A stretch of 64,000 nt of DNA from a bacterium (GCA_043801585.1 JAZDLX010000200.1:4684-68683), one strand, 5' to 3'; counted from the stretch's first letter, positions 32,066-42,319 are shown. Translations and numbers: made by a program. The notes: generated from the letters alone by a model not told the origin.

Positions 32066-32347
32066 GTGAATCCGATTGATGCATCGGTGCAAGCGGCGGT
32101 AAATCTTGATTCGATTGACCGTAAGATCCACTTGGTTATCGAAAAAGTGGAACGGCTTGCCAAGGAAAACGAGGAGTTGAAATCTCAGCTGATGTTCACC
32201 GAACAGGAGAAGAATACCCTCGCTCGCAAAGTCGAGCAGGTTGTTAAAGATCTTGAATCATCCCGAGGCAAAACGCGGGATCTTGAGAAAGAAGAAGCGA
32301 TCCGTAAGAGAGTTCACAGTCTGCTGAAGAAGTTGGAGCAGTTGTGA
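32066..32347 (+). CDS. ZapB-like coiled-coil protein
   Basis: Short heptad coiled coil between pheT and zapA, a conserved arrangement. Confidence 0.7.
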   Translation: MNPIDASVQAAVNLDSIDRKIHLVIEKVERLAKENEELKSQLMFTEQEKNTLARKVEQVVKDLESSRGKTRDLEKEEAIRKRVHSLLKKLEQL

Positions 32348-32392
32348 ATGTGAACAGGGATCTGTCCGCCACGGAAAGCGAGCGCTATACCC

Positions 32393-32689
32393 ATGGACGA
32401 TAGCGGCAGGGTCGTTAAGGTTTCCATATTTGGACACAGCTATCCGATTCGCGCAAAGGTCGAAGACGAGGAATACATCCGAGCCATCGCCAAATATGTA
32501 GATGAAAAAATGCGTGAAATCGATGAAGCGATGAAGCCGAACTCCACGATGAAAGTGGCGATCCTGACTGCATTGAACGTTGCTGATGAGTTGATGACGA
32601 TGCGTAGAGAACGTGAAGACGTCATCTTGACCTATCAGGAGAAAGTACAGGCAGTTTCTGATGCGCTCGATCTGGTGTTGAAACGTTGA
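32393..32689 (+). CDS. zapA: Cell division protein ZapA
   Basis: VKVSIFGHSYPI, IAKYVDEKMREI, VAILTALNVADEL. Confidence 0.93.
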   Translation: MDDSGRVVKVSIFGHSYPIRAKVEDEEYIRAIAKYVDEKMREIDEAMKPNSTMKVAILTALNVADELMTMRREREDVILTYQEKVQAVSDALDLVLKR

Positions 32690-32726
32690 CGGCAACACCG
32701 GCATCTGCCGGTTGAACCGAACATAG

Positions 32727-32904
32727 ATCCCTGCACATAGGCTCACGGCCTAGATTGAGAACCAACACTCAATCGAAGGGCGTTCGGCTTCGGTCGCGAA
32801 AATCAGACCTCCCCGCTTGCGGGTTGAGGAAGGTTGACGCGATTGGGAGGACGCCCACTGTGGAATAGTAGGTTCCCAATCCTACTCCGTGAGCGTGCAG
32901 GGTT
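32727..32904 (+). ncRNA. ssrS: 6S RNA
   Basis: About 178 nt; terminal stem CCCTGCAC/GTGCAGGG, GCTCACGG/CCGTGAGC and inner GGGCGTTC/GGACGCCC around a central bubble; canonical position after zapA. Confidence 0.85.
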
Positions 32905-32959
32905 TTTTATTTGGTTTCCACGCGCGGCCATCGCCGTGCCTAGGGGGGATAAAAAGGAG

Positions 32960-34516
32960 ATGGAGATGATCATCGTCGCCGCACTGGCAGGATTGGTGAT
33001 CGGCGCGGGTGCAGCTTTGCTGATCAAGAACTTTTTACTGCACCAACGCATTGAGACATCGAAACTGGAGGCAAACCGGATCCTTGCAGACGCCCGCAAG
33101 GAAGCCGAAAACCTCAAACGGGAAAAAAGCCTTGAAGCACGCGATGAAGCGATCGCGCACAAACAGCAGAAGGACAAGGAAATTGATCGTCGTTTTGATG
33201 AGCTTCGCAGATTTGAAAACCAGCTCAGGGACCAGGAAGTTAATATTGACAAGAAATTGGACCGGGCTCGCCAGCAGGAACGCGAACTGCGCGAGCTCGA
33301 GAAGAACCTGAAACACCAGACCGAATCCATTGCCGGTAAAGAGGAAAAACTCGATCGACTGGTCAAGCAAAACCAGGAGCTGCTCGAACGAACCGCCGGG
33401 ATGAGTGCTGAGGAAGCCCTTGAACAATTGAAGAACAGTCTCGTCGACAAGGCTCGGGCACAGACCGCAACGATGCTCAAGGAGATGCGTGACAACGCGC
33501 GCCTGGAAGCCAACCGCGAGGCAAAAGAGTTGATCATCCAGGCAATTCAGCGCAGCGCCGCGGACCACACCGCCGAGAACACCGTTTCTGTGGTCAATCT
33601 GCCCAACGACGATGTGAAAGGAAGAATCATCGGCAGGGAGGGCCGCAATATCCGCGCACTCGAACAGGCGACTGGAGTCGACTTCATCGTTGACGACACT
33701 CCCGAGGCGGTGATCCTTTCCAGTTTCGATCCCTACCGGCGCGAAGCCGCCCGGATTGCACTCGAGAAACTCGTGATGGACGGCCGAATCCACCCGGGAC
33801 GAATCGAGGAGGTTGTTGAGAAGGCGAAGAAGGAACTCGACGAACGAGTCCTGGAACTCGGCCGCAACGCCCTTATCGAAGCGAAGGTGCACGGCGTTCA
33901 TCCGGAACTGAGCCGCTACCTGGGACGTTTGCATTACCGGACTTCCTACGGGCAGAACGTGCTGAAGCACGCCATCGAGGTTTCCCACATCACCGGCCTG
34001 CTTGCCATCGAACTTGGCCTGGACGCCAAACTCGCCCGTCGTGCCGGCCTGCTGCACGACATCGGCAAGGCAATCGATCGTGAGGCGGAAGGGACGCACG
34101 TTCAGCTCGGCATGGACCTCGCGCAGAAGTACAATGAACCTCCTGTGGTGATCAACGCCATCGGTTCCCATCATGAGGACGTGCCTGCGGACAACCCCAT
34201 CAGCGTGCTTGTCGCGGCGGCGGATGCGATCAGCGGCTCACGCCCCGGCGCACGGCGCGAAACGCTCGAATCCTACATTCAGCGTTTGCACAGCCTGGAA
34301 GAGATCGCCGAGAAGTTCGAAGGAGTGAACAAGGTGTTCGCCATCCAGGCGGGTCGTGAAGTGCGGGTGATTGTCGAGAATGAAAAGATCAACGACGATC
34401 TCGCCGATGCCCTCGCGCATGACATCGCTGAAAAAATCGAGCAGGAACTCGAGTATCCCGGGCAAATCAAGGTGACCGTGATCCGGGAGTACCGCTCGGT
34501 GGAATATGCGAAGTGA
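32960..34516 (+). CDS. rny: Ribonuclease Y
   Basis: N-terminal TM, coiled coil, [15 protein letters not shown] domain, RTSYGQN, LLHDIGK HD domain; AGGAG RBS before ATG 32960. Confidence 0.97.
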   Translation: MEMIIVAALAGLVIGAGAALLIKNFLLHQRIETSKLEANRILADARKEAENLKREKSLEARDEAIAHKQQKDKEIDRRFDELRRFENQLRDQEVNIDKKLDRARQQERELRELEKNLKHQTESIAGKEEKLDRLVKQNQELLERTAGMSAEEALEQLKNSLVDKARAQTATMLKEMRDNARLEANREAKELIIQAIQRSAADHTAENTVSVVNLPNDDVKGRIIGREGRNIRALEQATGVDFIVDDTPEAVILSSFDPYRREAARIALEKLVMDGRIHPGRIEEVVEKAKKELDERVLELGRNALIEAKVHGVHPELSRYLGRLHYRTSYGQNVLKHAIEVSHITGLLAIELGLDAKLARRAGLLHDIGKAIDREAEGTHVQLGMDLAQKYNEPPVVINAIGSHHEDVPADNPISVLVAAADAISGSRPGARRETLESYIQRLHSLEEIAEKFEGVNKVFAIQAGREVRVIVENEKINDDLADALAHDIAEKIEQELEYPGQIKVTVIREYRSVEYAK

Positions 34517-34541
34517 TCTTACGCAGGGAGTAGAAAGTATC

Positions 34542-34567
34542 AGCCCCGGTGGTCTGCCACCGGGGCT
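34542..34567 (+). terminator. rny terminator
   Basis: AGCCCCGGTGG-TCTG-CCACCGGGGCT followed by TT. Confidence 0.75.
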
Positions 34568-34589
34568 TTGTGTTGTGATGCTCGGTTTA

Positions 34590-34643
34590 GAGAGAATCCA
34601 GACAGTTTAAACCGATTGCCTGCTAAACTGTCTGGATTCTCTC
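34590..34643. repeat. Perfect 20-bp inverted repeat with 14-nt spacer
   Basis: GAGAGAATCCAGACAGTTTA (34590-34609) / TAAACTGTCTGGATTCTCTC (34624-34643). Confidence 0.9.
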
Positions 34644-34653
34644 CTGCTTCATT

Positions 34654-36183
34654 TCAAAGCGTTTCAAGCTCGCCGATTTCCTCCTCGACGGCTTCCAGAA
34701 CGTTAAGATTTCGCACCGCTTCCCGCATCGCATTGTGATCCGGGTAGAGTGGGCGATCAACATCGAGGTGCTCGACAACCCTCCGTATCGCACGATGAGC
34801 CGCCCGGGTGCCCTTGCCCGGAGTGAACTCTCTGAAATCAAGGGCTTGCGCGTCAGCGATGAATTCGATTCCGAGTATGCCGTAGGCGTTATCGACGATC
34901 CTCCTCGTTTTCAGAGCGCTGTTCCAACCCATGCTGACGAAATCTTCCTGATCCGCCGCCGCCGGGATCGATTGCACGTAGGCCGGAGCTGAAAGGATGC
35001 GCTGCTCGACAATCAGCATGTCCGCCGTATACTGGCTGAGCATGTGACCGGAATACATCCCAGCGCCTTTTGTCAGGAACGCAGGCAGCCCAACCGACAA
35101 CGCCGGATTGAGCAGACGGTTCAGCCGGCGTTCGGACAGCACCGACACCATCGTTACAGCGGCGCCAAGAACATCTAACGGCAGACTGACCGGAGTTCCC
35201 TGGAAATTCGCCCCGGACAGAACGGTGTTCTCATCAGGGAGGAAGATCGGATTGTCACCGACTCCGTTCAGTTCCGTTTCGATCTGCTGGCGTGTCCAAC
35301 GGAGTTGATCCCGTGCGGCGCCGATCACCTGGGGCGTACTGCGCATCGAATAGGCGTCCTGCACCTTGACCTTGATCTTTCCCGTGAGCAGGTCCGACCC
35401 CTCCATCACCTTCTTCATGTTGCGGGCGCTGACGATTGCCCCTTGAAAACCACGGAGGATGTGCAACCGTTCATCGTAGGGTTTCATGTTGCCGCGCAAC
35501 GCCTCGATCGACATCGCAGCCGCTATCTCCGCCTGTTTGATCCAGCGTTCGATGTCATGGAGCAGCAGGCAAGCCTCGCCGGTAATCAGGTTGCTGCCGT
35601 TGATCGCTGCCAGGCCGTCACGTACTTCAAGCCCGGGAACCTTGATCTCAGCTTTTCGGAATGCCTCTTCGGTTGGCATCCGTTGACCGTCGACAAAGAC
35701 TTCACCTTCGCCCATCAGGGTCAGTGCAATTTGCGACATGGGAGCGAGGTCGCCGCTCGCCCCTACGGAGCCGTGACTGCAAACCACCGGGGTGATCCCG
35801 GCGTTCAGCATGTCCACATAGGTCTGGGTAATTTCCGGCCGGCAGGCGGAATGTCCATGAGCGTGTACGTTGATCCGGCTGACCATCGCCGCTCGGACGG
35901 TCTCAATGGGAAGTGGATCTCCGATCCCTGCCGCATGGTTGTACACGAGGTATCGCTGGAACTCACGGGTCTGTTCTTCGTCAAGGACAACTTCGGAGAA
36001 TTCCCCGATTCCCGTGTTGACGCCGTACATGATCTCTTTGGCGTCGATCTTCTTCTGAAGGAACGCTCTGCACGTCCTGATCCGTTCGATGGCGTCCTCG
36101 GACAGGATAACCTTTTCGCCCACGCGGGCGACACGAACCACATCCTCAATGCGCAAATTGCTGCCTGTCAGTGTAACACTCAT
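34654..36183 (-). CDS. MIO-dependent aromatic amino acid ammonia-lyase (HutH-like)
   Basis: YGVNTG, GSVGASGDLAP (ASG triad forming MIO), QDAYSMR, DQEDFVSMG. Confidence 0.92.
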   Translation of the reverse strand: MSVTLTGSNLRIEDVVRVARVGEKVILSEDAIERIRTCRAFLQKKIDAKEIMYGVNTGIGEFSEVVLDEEQTREFQRYLVYNHAAGIGDPLPIETVRAAMVSRINVHAHGHSACRPEITQTYVDMLNAGITPVVCSHGSVGASGDLAPMSQIALTLMGEGEVFVDGQRMPTEEAFRKAEIKVPGLEVRDGLAAINGSNLITGEACLLLHDIERWIKQAEIAAAMSIEALRGNMKPYDERLHILRGFQGAIVSARNMKKVMEGSDLLTGKIKVKVQDAYSMRSTPQVIGAARDQLRWTRQQIETELNGVGDNPIFLPDENTVLSGANFQGTPVSLPLDVLGAAVTMVSVLSERRLNRLLNPALSVGLPAFLTKGAGMYSGHMLSQYTADMLIVEQRILSAPAYVQSIPAAADQEDFVSMGWNSALKTRRIVDNAYGILGIEFIADAQALDFREFTPGKGTRAAHRAIRRVVEHLDVDRPLYPDHNAMREAVRNLNVLEAVEEEIGELETL

Positions 36184-36234
36184 GTTCGCTCCTGGCTTCC
36201 CGCGCGCCGTGGCCTGACTCCACCGGTGCCGTCA

Positions 36235-36263
36235 TTGGCCACTGCGCCTTTCGCTTGTACATT
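36235..36263 (+). promoter_or_regulatory. Putative promoter for small ORF-amidohydrolase
   Basis: TTGGCC-17 bp-TACATT. Confidence 0.45.
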
Positions 36264-36316
36264 CCGACGCCTAACGTACCATGACACCCGGCGGTAGAAA
36301 AGGAGAGACGGAGGCG

Positions 36317-36484
36317 ATGAACAGAGGCAGGAAAGCGGTGAAAATCACTCTGCAGGTCCATGCCTCGCCGGTGATTGGGAAACTTCAACAAGCGCTACGC
36401 GCTTTGGCGCCCCCGATGCGAGAGGATCGTGTCGCCGTCACCGACATCGCCAACCCGCGCAAATTTCTGCTGGAGACTGACTGA
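36317..36484 (+). CDS. Small hypothetical protein (~55 aa)
   Basis: GGAGG-type RBS upstream; stop overlaps the amidohydrolase start (TGATG); alternative start at 36281. Confidence 0.45.
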   Translation: MNRGRKAVKITLQVHASPVIGKLQQALRALAPPMREDRVAVTDIANPRKFLLETD

Positions 36485-38082
36485 TGAACGGGGAGCGACT
36501 GCTCGTTACCGGAGCTCGGATCTGGACCGCGGGCCAACCCTGGGAATCTCCCCTCGGTGATCTCCTGATCGACAGCGGCGTCGTGGAGGCCGTGGAACCA
36601 GCCGGAACCCTCGACGAGGGATCCTTCTCGGGCATTCGTCGCATCAAGCTCCCCGGGGGGGTGATCCTCCCTTCGTTTTTTGACGCTCATCTGCATCTCG
36701 ACCTGGGGGGCGTATTCCTGTCAAGGATTGCACTCCGGGATTGCACGTCTCCGTCAGAGGTTCTGACACGATTAGCGCATGAACGAGAGCCTGGTGAAGG
36801 ATGGATGATCGCCATCGGGTTGCCGGAAGGGGCATGGCCATCCTACGAGGAGCTGCACCGGGCCACCAAAGGCCGCCCGGCCATCCTGTTCACACGCGAT
36901 TACCATTCCGCCTTCGTCAATCCCGAAGGAATGGTGGAACTCGGCTTGACGGCGGACACTCCGCCACCGCCGGGCGGAATGTTCGACAAGGACGATTCCG
37001 GTCAACTGACCGGCCTGTTGCGCGAAAATGCCGTGCGGTGGGCGGAGAACAGGCTCCCTGCGCCGACCGATCGCCAGCGTCAGGACAACCTGTTGCTGGC
37101 GGCAAATAATCTCACCGAATGGGGTGTTCTGGGAGCCAGCGACGCCTCCGACAACAGTTCATGGGACGCATTGCGGATTCTTGATCGAGAGAACAGGATG
37201 CCATTGCGAATCGAACACTGGCACCGCTGTCTTGAACTTGATGAAACATGCCTCGAGATCGAACGGGTCGATCTGCCCCGGTTGAAAAGGCTCCGAATTA
37301 AAACATTCTCCGACGGCGCTCTCGGCAGCCGCACAGCCTGGATGCTGGATGATTATGCCGATACTCCGGGAGTGCGGGGTGGTCCGGTCCCTGAACTGAA
37401 AACGTATCATCAGTTCCTCCAGCGTGCTGTAGAAAAAGGATGGTCTCACACCGCCCATGCGATTGGCGATGCGGCGGTAAGATGGGTGGGGGAGGTCCTT
37501 AGCCAGTTCCCGGTTCCCGGTTTGCCACACCGCATCGAACACGTCCAGCATATCGATGTGCGGGGAATCGCTCAATTGACGAACAGTTCCGTTCTTGCTT
37601 CCATCCAACCCACACACCGCCTGGATGACTCCGGGATGCTGGTGCCACGCCTCGGAGCCGAGAGGGCCGAATTCAGCTACCCTCAGCGTTCGCTGCTCAG
37701 GAACGGCAGCGGAGTCATCATGGGGACAGACTGGCCGGTGGTCAGTGCCGATCCGCGCAGAACGATTTTCGCCGCGATGAGCCAGCGGAAACCGGGGGAG
37801 GGCATGCCGGGAGAAGAACTCTCCCTTGAACAGACGTTGACCGCGATGACCTGCCATCCGGCTGAGGCAGCAGGTTTTCATCGGGTCGGCAGGCTTTCTC
37901 ACGGATATGCCGCCGATTTTATCTGGCTTCCCGATGACCCGGGTCGCGATCCATCGTACTGGCGGGAGATGAAAACAGGCGGAGTTTGGGCAGGCGGACA
38001 CCTCCTTCACGCGAACCACGGCGCACTCACATATTCCTTGCCGAAAAGGACTGAAACCCGCGTGGATAAAGAAAAAACGTGA
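36484..38082 (+). CDS. Amidohydrolase family 3 (YtcJ-like) metallohydrolase
   Basis: FDAHLH, TGLLRE, KTFSDGALGSRTA, HAIGD, RIEHVQ, GTDWP. Confidence 0.92.
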   Translation: MNGERLLVTGARIWTAGQPWESPLGDLLIDSGVVEAVEPAGTLDEGSFSGIRRIKLPGGVILPSFFDAHLHLDLGGVFLSRIALRDCTSPSEVLTRLAHEREPGEGWMIAIGLPEGAWPSYEELHRATKGRPAILFTRDYHSAFVNPEGMVELGLTADTPPPPGGMFDKDDSGQLTGLLRENAVRWAENRLPAPTDRQRQDNLLLAANNLTEWGVLGASDASDNSSWDALRILDRENRMPLRIEHWHRCLELDETCLEIERVDLPRLKRLRIKTFSDGALGSRTAWMLDDYADTPGVRGGPVPELKTYHQFLQRAVEKGWSHTAHAIGDAAVRWVGEVLSQFPVPGLPHRIEHVQHIDVRGIAQLTNSSVLASIQPTHRLDDSGMLVPRLGAERAEFSYPQRSLLRNGSGVIMGTDWPVVSADPRRTIFAAMSQRKPGEGMPGEELSLEQTLTAMTCHPAEAAGFHRVGRLSHGYAADFIWLPDDPGRDPSYWREMKTGGVWAGGHLLHANHGALTYSLPKRTETRVDKEKT

Positions 38083-38133
38083 CCAGAATACCTTCCGGCC
38101 ACGACTTTGAAGTTGCAGATCTATGGAATCAGA

Positions 38134-38334
38134 TCAATGTTTGAGCGTGATTTCGATAGATTTGCCGGACTTCGATTCGACAATCTTGCCTTCCCGCGCC
38201 AGCCAACCGATCGCACGATCAAGCATCGATGGAGTAAGTTGCACCTCTTTCTTTAACTTTGCCACACTCGACGAGCCGTGCTGGCTCAAATAATGCCAGA
38301 GAACTCCGGCGGCGGTACCAATGGTGTTTTCCAT
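38134..38334 (-). CDS. Small winged-helix protein (DUF2582-like)
   Basis: IGTAAGVLWHYL...AIGWLAREGKI; GGAGG RBS. Confidence 0.85.
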   Translation of the reverse strand: MENTIGTAAGVLWHYLSQHGSSSVAKLKKEVQLTPSMLDRAIGWLAREGKIVESKSGKSIEITLKH

Positions 38335-38359
38335 ATATCCTCCCCAAAAATGTGACGCG

Positions 38360-39964
38360 CTATACCCCGGCGAGTGGTCCCGCGTTCTGGATTTCTTCAC
38401 TCGCATCCTTTTCAAAAAGTTTAAAGTTCTCATGGAACTTTTTCGCCAGTTCCGTGGCTTTTGTATCGTACGCTTTTTTGTTTTTCCATGTCTCTCGTGG
38501 TTGCAGCACATCCTTTGGCACGTCGGGGACCTCAGAAGGAATCTCGAGCCCGAATATTGGTTCCAGGTTAAACTGACCACCGTCGAGTTTGCCTTCGAGA
38601 GCCGAATTGACCATCGCACGAGTGTATTTGATCGCCATCCGGTGACCCTCGCCATAGGGACCACCCGTCCAGCCGGTGTTGACAAGCCAGACCGTGGCAT
38701 CGTGCTGTTCCATGCGCTTGCCAAGCATCCCGGCATATTTTAATGGATCAAGCGGCATGAAAGGAGCACCGAAAAGCGTGCTGAACGCCGGCTGCGGTTC
38801 TTTGATTCCACGCTCCGTGCCGGCAAGCTTGCTCGTGTAACCGCTGATGAAATGGTACATCGCCTGAGCCCGGGTCAGCCTGCTGATCGGGGGCAGAACA
38901 CCAAAGGCGTCGGCAGTCAGGAAGATGATGTTTTTCGGATGTGGCCCATGACCTTCCTTGACAATGTTTGGAATGTGGGTGATCGGATAGGAAGCCCTCG
39001 TATTGTCCGTCAGGCTGTTGTCATCGAGATCGACCCGCCTGGTGTTGATATCCATCGCCACATTTTCGAGGATGGTGCCGAAACGTTTCGTGGTGGCATA
39101 GATTTCCGGTTCCGCCTCAGCGGAAAGGTTAATCACTTTCGCGTAACAGCCACCTTCCATGTTGAACACGCCGTTGGGAGACCAGCCGTGCTCATCATCC
39201 CCGATAAGATTTCGTGTGGGGTCAGCGGAGAGGGTTGTCTTGCCCGTGCCCGACAGGCCGAAAAAGAGTGCACAATCGCCGTTTACGCCAACATTGGCCG
39301 AGCAGTGCATCGGCAGGACATCTTCCTGTGGCAGCAGGTAGTTCATCACGCTGAAAATCGATTTCTTGATCTCGCCGCCGTAACTGGTTCCCCCGATGAT
39401 CACCATCTTCTTGCTGAAGCTGATGATGATGAAGGCTTCGCTGTTGGTCCCGTCGTATTCGGGGATCGCCTTGAAATTCGGGAGATTCAGAACGGTGAAA
39501 ATCGGCTCATGGTAGTAGCCCGGTTCATGGCTGCGAATGAACATATTCCGGGCAAAAAGATTGTGCCAGGCGGTCTCGGTAATCACCCGAATCGGCTTCT
39601 GAAACTGGGGATCCGCGTTTACATGACAGTCCTGAACGAAAAGGTCTTTCCCCTGCGTATAGGCCTGCAGACGCCGAAACAGGTCTTCAAATCGATCCGG
39701 TTCGATGGGGACGTTGATCGGTCCCCAATTGACCAGATTCACACTCGCCTCGTCCTTGACGATGAAACGGTCTTTAGGGCTGCGGCCTGTGTACTGGCCC
39801 GTCCGGACGACAAGGGGTCCATTGTGCGCCAGATACCCCTCACGCCTTCGTATTGACTGTTCGTACAGGAAAGCTGCGCCGGCATTCCAGTACAAATTGC
39901 CGAGATTGATCAGCCCAAGCGGTTCGAGCTTTTTCGCATGTTCAGGGTTTGCAACGGTTTCCAT
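38360..39964 (-). CDS. pckA: Phosphoenolpyruvate carboxykinase (ATP)
   Basis: TGRSPKD, YGGEIKK, MHCSAN, FFGLSGTGKTTLS, IGDDEHGW, EGGCYAK. Confidence 0.98.
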   Translation of the reverse strand: METVANPEHAKKLEPLGLINLGNLYWNAGAAFLYEQSIRRREGYLAHNGPLVVRTGQYTGRSPKDRFIVKDEASVNLVNWGPINVPIEPDRFEDLFRRLQAYTQGKDLFVQDCHVNADPQFQKPIRVITETAWHNLFARNMFIRSHEPGYYHEPIFTVLNLPNFKAIPEYDGTNSEAFIIISFSKKMVIIGGTSYGGEIKKSIFSVMNYLLPQEDVLPMHCSANVGVNGDCALFFGLSGTGKTTLSADPTRNLIGDDEHGWSPNGVFNMEGGCYAKVINLSAEAEPEIYATTKRFGTILENVAMDINTRRVDLDDNSLTDNTRASYPITHIPNIVKEGHGPHPKNIIFLTADAFGVLPPISRLTRAQAMYHFISGYTSKLAGTERGIKEPQPAFSTLFGAPFMPLDPLKYAGMLGKRMEQHDATVWLVNTGWTGGPYGEGHRMAIKYTRAMVNSALEGKLDGGQFNLEPIFGLEIPSEVPDVPKDVLQPRETWKNKKAYDTKATELAKKFHENFKLFEKDASEEIQNAGPLAGV

Positions 39965-40135
39965 GGCGTACCTCTTGACGGTTACTGGTACAACATTCGG
40001 ACAGGCTAATGTAGCCGGTTTACGTCGGTTGCTACAAGAATTTGTTACACGTTATTCTCTCGCCGAGCAGGCGAGCTCTGGCGTTTGGTGGGCAGGTGAA
40101 TCGATGACTTCCAATTCGGGTTGTACGCGGAAGGG

Positions 40136-40684
40136 CTACTCGATCTCAAACAAAAGCTGACCTTTCTCCACGGCCTGCCCCAACGACACGGAAAGTGATT
40201 TCAGCCGTCCCGCAACGGGCGCCTTGATTTCATTTTCCATCTTCATCGCTTCCATCACCAGAATGCCCTGGTGTTCTTCCACCAGGTCATTTTCGGAAGC
40301 TTCAACTTTGACAATCAGCCCCGGCATTGGCGCGGTTACACGGCCGTGACGTGTGCCGACACCCGCCGCACGAAGGAACTCACGCAGGTAGGCCTCGCGT
40401 TTGGAGATGACGTCGGCGCTGAAATCATACCCGCCGGTGTGGATCCGGTATTGGTTTGCAATGTCCGTGGGTTCAACCGCCAGGACGACGCTTCTTCCGC
40501 CCAGCAACAGGGAGTAGTGGTCCGGAACAGCCTTGGGTTGGACATCCAGAACCATCTCCTCGCCGTCCACCCGAATCCTGCCTTCATGCCCGAGGAATTC
40601 GATCTCAAACACATCCCCGTTGATCTCGACACGATAGGCGTCACCGTTCGCACCGTTGCTGCGATTGCCGCCAGCCTTGTTCAT
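40136..40684 (-). CDS. Biotin carboxyl carrier protein
   Basis: APMPG and EAMKMENEI biotinylation motif. Confidence 0.93.
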   Translation of the reverse strand: MNKAGGNRSNGANGDAYRVEINGDVFEIEFLGHEGRIRVDGEEMVLDVQPKAVPDHYSLLLGGRSVVLAVEPTDIANQYRIHTGGYDFSADVISKREAYLREFLRAAGVGTRHGRVTAPMPGLIVKVEASENDLVEEHQGILVMEAMKMENEIKAPVAGRLKSLSVSLGQAVEKGQLLFEIE

Positions 40685-42210
40685 CGTATCGCCCTCCGGC
40701 GGCCATCCATCTTCCAGGTGCATGATCCCGAGTTTGATTGCACATGATGAGCTTCCGCCTCATTCCGGCCTTTTCCGCTCTCGTGATGCCGCCGCCATGC
40801 CGCGGCGATCGCGGCGATCTGTTGCCAGGACTTCTCGCGTGCTTGAAGCTTCTCAACGTCAAATTCACGGTCAACAAAGGAGGTGTCAAAGTTTCCCTGG
40901 CCGTACGACTCGTTGTTCATCACCAGAAGCCCGAACGGAATCGTCGTTCGCACCCCGGTGATGCGATACTCCTGCAATGCCCGGCGCATCCTCGCTATCG
41001 CTTCGGAACGATTCCATCCCCAGGCGATCAATTTGCTGATCATCGGATCGTAGTGGATGGTGATTTCATCACCTTCACGAATGCCGCTGTCTTCGCGGAT
41101 TCCGAAACCATCCGGTGGCCGCAGATAACGGATCCTGCCGGTGTGGGGGAGGAAATTGTTCAGTGTGTCCTCGCTGTAAATCCGCACTTCAATGGCGTGG
41201 CCACGCATCGATACCTGCTCCTGAGTCAAGGGCAGCGGTTTACCCTGTGCTACGAGAATCTGAAGCTGAACGAGGTCCAAACCCGTAACCATCTCGGTGA
41301 CCGGGTGCTCCACCTGCAATCGCGTGTTCATCTCGAGGAAGTAATACTTACGCTGAGCGTCGACGAGGAATTCCACCGTGCCGGCATTGACGTAACCCAC
41401 AGCACGCGCCGCCTCTACGGCGGATCGTCCCATCTCCTCACGCATTTCAAGTGTGACGATCGGGCTCGGAGACTCTTCGACAACTTTTTGGTGGCGTCGT
41501 TGGATTGAGCACTCACGTTCGCCAAGGTGGATGACGTTGCCCCGGGAATCGGCAAAAACCTGAAACTCAATATGACGTGGCCGTTCAAGGTATTTCTCGA
41601 GGTAGATCAGCGGGCTGCCAAAGGCGTTGATCGACTCCCGTCTTGCCGCGTCCAGGGCGCCGGGGAGTTCTTTTTTGTCCCGGACCACCCGCATTCCCTT
41701 GCCGCCTCCGCCCATCGCCGCCTTGATCAGAACGGGATAACCCGCCTCGCGAGCGAACTCCGCGGCTTCTTTCTCGGTCTCGACGGCATTTTTCGTGCCG
41801 GGGACCACAGGCACACCAGCCTTCATCATGATCGAACGCGCTTCGGTTTTGCTTCCCATCGAGCGTATCGCATCGGGTGGAGGACCGATCCAGACGAATC
41901 CCGCATCGATAACAGCCTGGGCAAAATCTGCATTTTCGGAAAGAAATCCATAACCGGGATGGATGGCTTGAGCGCCGGATTCTCTAGCGGCTTCAAGGAG
42001 ATTCTCCGGCTTCAGATAACTCTGGGATGCCGCAGCGGGACCGATGGCACATGCTTCGTCGGCGAGCTGTACATGCATGGCGTTGCGATCGACGTCCGAA
42101 AAGACCGCCACGCTTCGAATACCCATCTCACGGCAGGCACGAATGACCCGAACCGCGATTTCACCACGGTTGGCTACCAGTATTTTCTCGAAGGATCGCT
42201 CTCTGGTCAT
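40681..42210 (-). CDS. accC: Biotin carboxylase (acetyl/propionyl-CoA carboxylase)
   Basis: ANRGEIA, HPGYGFLSEN, GGGGKGMR, ERECSIQRRHQK, EMNTRLQVEHPVTE. Confidence 0.95.
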   Translation of the reverse strand: MTRERSFEKILVANRGEIAVRVIRACREMGIRSVAVFSDVDRNAMHVQLADEACAIGPAAASQSYLKPENLLEAARESGAQAIHPGYGFLSENADFAQAVIDAGFVWIGPPPDAIRSMGSKTEARSIMMKAGVPVVPGTKNAVETEKEAAEFAREAGYPVLIKAAMGGGGKGMRVVRDKKELPGALDAARRESINAFGSPLIYLEKYLERPRHIEFQVFADSRGNVIHLGERECSIQRRHQKVVEESPSPIVTLEMREEMGRSAVEAARAVGYVNAGTVEFLVDAQRKYYFLEMNTRLQVEHPVTEMVTGLDLVQLQILVAQGKPLPLTQEQVSMRGHAIEVRIYSEDTLNNFLPHTGRIRYLRPPDGFGIREDSGIREGDEITIHYDPMISKLIAWGWNRSEAIARMRRALQEYRITGVRTTIPFGLLVMNNESYGQGNFDTSFVDREFDVEKLQAREKSWQQIAAIAAAWRRHHESGKGRNEAEAHHVQSNSGSCTWKMDGRRRAIR

Positions 42211-42283
42211 GGGCGTTTCTCGTCACGGATGATCGGTTTCACCAGCATCACTACTCTTGACGGATCGGGAAAACGGACCGAAG

Positions 42284-42312
42284 AATGTACCGGACGTGCG
42301 GGTGGGAGTCAA
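42284..42312 (-). promoter_or_regulatory. Putative accC promoter
   Basis: TTGACT-17 bp-TACATT. Confidence 0.6.
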
Positions 42313-42319
42313 CGATCAT

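Noticed and set aside
32834-32959. N-terminal extension of RNase Y
   Set aside because: It overlaps the 6S RNA; the RBS and TM anchor support ATG 32960.
38335-38736. Long N-terminus on the DUF2582-like ORF
   Set aside because: It overlaps pckA in another frame; the RBS supports ATG 38334.
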